59,051 bases of DNA from assembly GCA_030611415.1 (NCBI GenBank), contig JAUWPW010000003.1, positions 1 to 59,051 on the forward strand, in the 5' to 3' direction. The stretch's first letter is position 1; every line of letters starts with the position of its first letter. The notes beneath the pieces are model-generated. The model worked only from the letters and a program-made list of their open reading frames with translations. It did not search any database and was not told where the DNA came from. This document shows, in pieces, positions 57,300-59,051 of the stretch. The DNA comes from Candidatus Bipolaricaulota bacterium (GTDB taxonomy: Bacteria; Bipolaricaulota; Bipolaricaulia; UBA7950; UBA9294). The translations under genes and the position numbers were made by a program.

Positions 57300-57938
57300 G
57301 TGAAGCTTTACATTGATACGGCAAATGTGGCTGATATCAAAGAAATGGCTTGGTTGATCGATGGGGTCACAACAAATCCTAGCCTTGTTTCCCGGGAGAA
57401 ACGACCATTTACCGAGATAATTGCTGAGATCTGTGGCATGGTTGATGGCCCGGTGAGCGCCGAGGTGACCGCCATTGACGCTCCTGGGATGGTTGCCCAG
57501 GCGCGTGAGCTTTCCAAGATCGACAAGAACGTTGTGATCAAGATTCCGATGACAATTGCTGGCATGCAAGCAGTAAAAACACTCTCCGGAGAAGGGATAC
57601 GCACCAATGTTACACTCGCTTTTTCGGCCAATCAGGCGCTACTTGCAGCAAAGAGTGGAGCCAGTTTTGTGTCTCCATTCGTTGGTCGAATTGACGACGT
57701 CGGTGGAGATGGCATGGAAGTTGTTTCCCAGATTCTCGATATTTACCAGACGTATGGTTTTTCAACACAAGTGATTGTCGCAAGCGTACGCCATCCGCGG
57801 CATGTAGTTGAGGCCGCTCTTCTTGGCGCTGATATTGCTACGGTTCCCTATGCCGTGTTGAAAAAGCTGTTTTGCCATCCACTGACTGATACTGGGATCG
57901 AGAGATTTCTCAAAGATTGGGAAGGTGTTCCAAAGTGA
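57300..57938 (+). CDS. tal: Short transaldolase / fructose-6-phosphate aldolase (type 3B)
   Basis: 212 aa with [10 protein letters not shown]...DGVTTNPSL and KIP (Schiff-base Lys region). GTG start 3 nt after AGGAGGAG. Confidence 0.9.
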   Translation: MKLYIDTANVADIKEMAWLIDGVTTNPSLVSREKRPFTEIIAEICGMVDGPVSAEVTAIDAPGMVAQARELSKIDKNVVIKIPMTIAGMQAVKTLSGEGIRTNVTLAFSANQALLAAKSGASFVSPFVGRIDDVGGDGMEVVSQILDIYQTYGFSTQVIVASVRHPRHVVEAALLGADIATVPYAVLKKLFCHPLTDTGIERFLKDWEGVPK

Positions 57939-58888
57939 AGCTTGGCCGCGAGGAAGCGACACGCGACGCCTACGGAAAAACACTGGCCGAGCTTGGTCAT
58001 AGTGATGAGAGAATCGTTGTTCTCACTGCCGATCTTGCCGGTTCGACAAAGACCAGCTTTTTCGCCAAGGAGTTCCCTGAACGTTTCTTCAATATGGGGG
58101 TTGGTGAAGCGGATATGATGGGGGCTGCCGCTGGACTTGCTATGGATGGATATAGACCGTTTGTCTCCACGTTTGCCGTGTTTGCTGCTGGCAAGGCCTG
58201 GGAGCAGATCAGGCAGGTAATCGCCTACCCCAAGGTTCCGGTAAGGATTGTGGCTACGCATGCCGGAGTCACCGTTGGCGAAGATGGAGCAAGCCATCAG
58301 ATGCTGGAAGACATAAACAATATGCGCGTCCTGCCCAACATTACAGTCATTGTTCCTTCGGACGCGATAGAGGCGGGAGCGGTAACAAGATGCATAGCAA
58401 GCTACGATGATGGGCCGGTTTACGTACGGCTTTCGCGGGCCAAATTCCCACTCGTCAATTCAGAGACTTACAACTTCAAGTTAGGCGAAGCGTCTGTTCT
58501 TGCCAGCGGTAGCGACATATCCATCTTTGCCTGTGGAATCCTTGTGTCAGTAGCAATTGAGGCACGCGAGCAGCTGATGAAAGAAGGGATCGGCGCAGAA
58601 GTGATAAACGTTTCCACGATCAAGCCGCTTGATAGGGAGACGCTTCTCTGTTCGGCAAAGAAAACCGGCGCCGTAATCACAGCCGAGGAGCATCAGATCA
58701 TAGGTGGACTTGGAAGCGCTGTCTGTGAGCTCCTGGCTTGTGAGCTACCTACACGGGTTTTGCGCGTAGGAGTAAGAGATAGGTTTGGTCAATCCGGTGA
58801 AGCAGGGGAGCTGCTTTCCTACTATGGTCTTGATGTTAATGGGGTTGTTCAAGCAGCACCCCAGTTACTAGAAAACAGTAATGGGTGA
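57935..58888 (+). CDS. Transketolase, C-terminal (pyrimidine-binding + C-terminal domain) subunit
   Basis: Motifs [19 protein letters not shown] and GEDGASHQ. Start set at GTG 57935 (GTGA overlap with the tal stop). No N-terminal subunit gene lies upstream. Confidence 0.9.
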   Translation: MKLGREEATRDAYGKTLAELGHSDERIVVLTADLAGSTKTSFFAKEFPERFFNMGVGEADMMGAAAGLAMDGYRPFVSTFAVFAAGKAWEQIRQVIAYPKVPVRIVATHAGVTVGEDGASHQMLEDINNMRVLPNITVIVPSDAIEAGAVTRCIASYDDGPVYVRLSRAKFPLVNSETYNFKLGEASVLASGSDISIFACGILVSVAIEAREQLMKEGIGAEVINVSTIKPLDRETLLCSAKKTGAVITAEEHQIIGGLGSAVCELLACELPTRVLRVGVRDRFGQSGEAGELLSYYGLDVNGVVQAAPQLLENSNG

Positions 58889-58901
58889 TGGGTGATGGGT
58901 A
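58881..58901. repeat. Tandem heptamer ATGGGTG x3 spanning the transketolase stop codon
   Basis: atgggtg atgggtg atgggta. The same heptamer recurs at 58969..58975 and 59035..59041. Confidence 0.75.
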
Positions 58902-58910
58902 AGATAGAAG

Positions 58911-59038
58911 CAGTCCAAAGTCCAAGGTCCAACGTCCAAAGTCGAAAGACCGAAAACGGTGATGAGAGATGGGTGACATAAAGCCAGTCCAAAGTCCAAG
59001 GTCCAACGTCCAAGGTCGAAAGACGGAAAACGGTGATG
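58911..59038. repeat. Two 54-nt direct repeats (52/54 identical, 74-nt period), each built from GTCCAAN heptamers x5 plus GACNGAAAACGGTGATG
   Basis: Copies at 58911..58964 and 58985..59038. The window ends at 59051, so the array may continue. Confidence 0.85.
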
Positions 59039-59051
59039 GGTGAAAGGCCAG

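Noticed and set aside
58911-59038. Direct repeats at the window end as a possible CRISPR array
   Set aside because: The repeated units are 54 nt with only about 20-nt intervening segments that themselves contain repeat motifs. The units are internally heptameric, only two copies are visible, and no cas genes are present.
1-59051. Search for tRNA, rRNA, tmRNA, SRP or RNase P RNA, transposases, integrases, toxin-antitoxin pairs, restriction-modification or other defence genes
   Set aside because: All intergenic gaps are under 300 nt. None shows a T-loop GGTTCGAATCC-type motif or a conserved ncRNA core. Every ORF over 60 aa with coding character could be assigned to housekeeping or transporter functions, apart from the hypotheticals listed. 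This was a scan by eye, not with covariance models.

Overview
The window is a densely packed, almost entirely housekeeping stretch of a bacterial chromosome of roughly 50% GC. The gene set suggests a diderm, probably anaerobic, non-proteobacterial lineage, but I cannot name the taxon.

Gene order:
- Minus strand: the 3' half of a dcw cluster (ftsW-murG-murC-murB-ftsQ-ftsA-ftsZ).
- Minus strand: an envelope operon (yraN-comM-bamA-ompH-fabZ-ftcD).
- Plus strand: a decayed MtaD-like amidohydrolase pseudogene, then rpsO-pnp-M16 peptidase-coaD and a PiT phosphate transporter.
- Minus strand: spoVS-argS-ftsY-ppdK.
- Plus strand: a membrane-anchored hypothetical protein, a peptide-type ABC importer (binding protein plus two permeases, no ATPases), then gyrA-tyrS.
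- Minus strand: apbE-rnfCDGEAB, and a small-ORF/lipoprotein/maf unit.
- Plus strand: an NMT1/NitT-type ABC importer and a long co-directional run of nadK, pdxS-pdxT-gap-comF, an MBL hydrolase, dnaG-rpoD-miaA-nnr-tatD-tal and a transketolase C-subunit.

I found no tRNA, rRNA, CRISPR array, mobile element or recognisable defence or secretion island. I also found no convincing novel multi-gene system.

The points most worth a second look:
1. The ftsQ 5' end is split across two frames at a G5A6 run.
2. A 29-codon Trp/Cys-rich hydrophobic ORF with a near-perfect RBS and its own promoter heads an operon with an internally duplicated lipoprotein and maf.
3. A TM-anchored protein appears to be built from two degenerate peptidase-MA-like halves.
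4. PNPase carries tandem S1 domains.
5. bamA-ompH-fabZ occurs without any lpx genes.
6. Heptanucleotide tandem-repeat arrays sit at three operon 3' ends.

The ORF track accepts TTG and GTG starts and takes the longest ORF, so I trimmed several N-termini by hand. All hand-derived coordinates should be taken as +/- a few nt.
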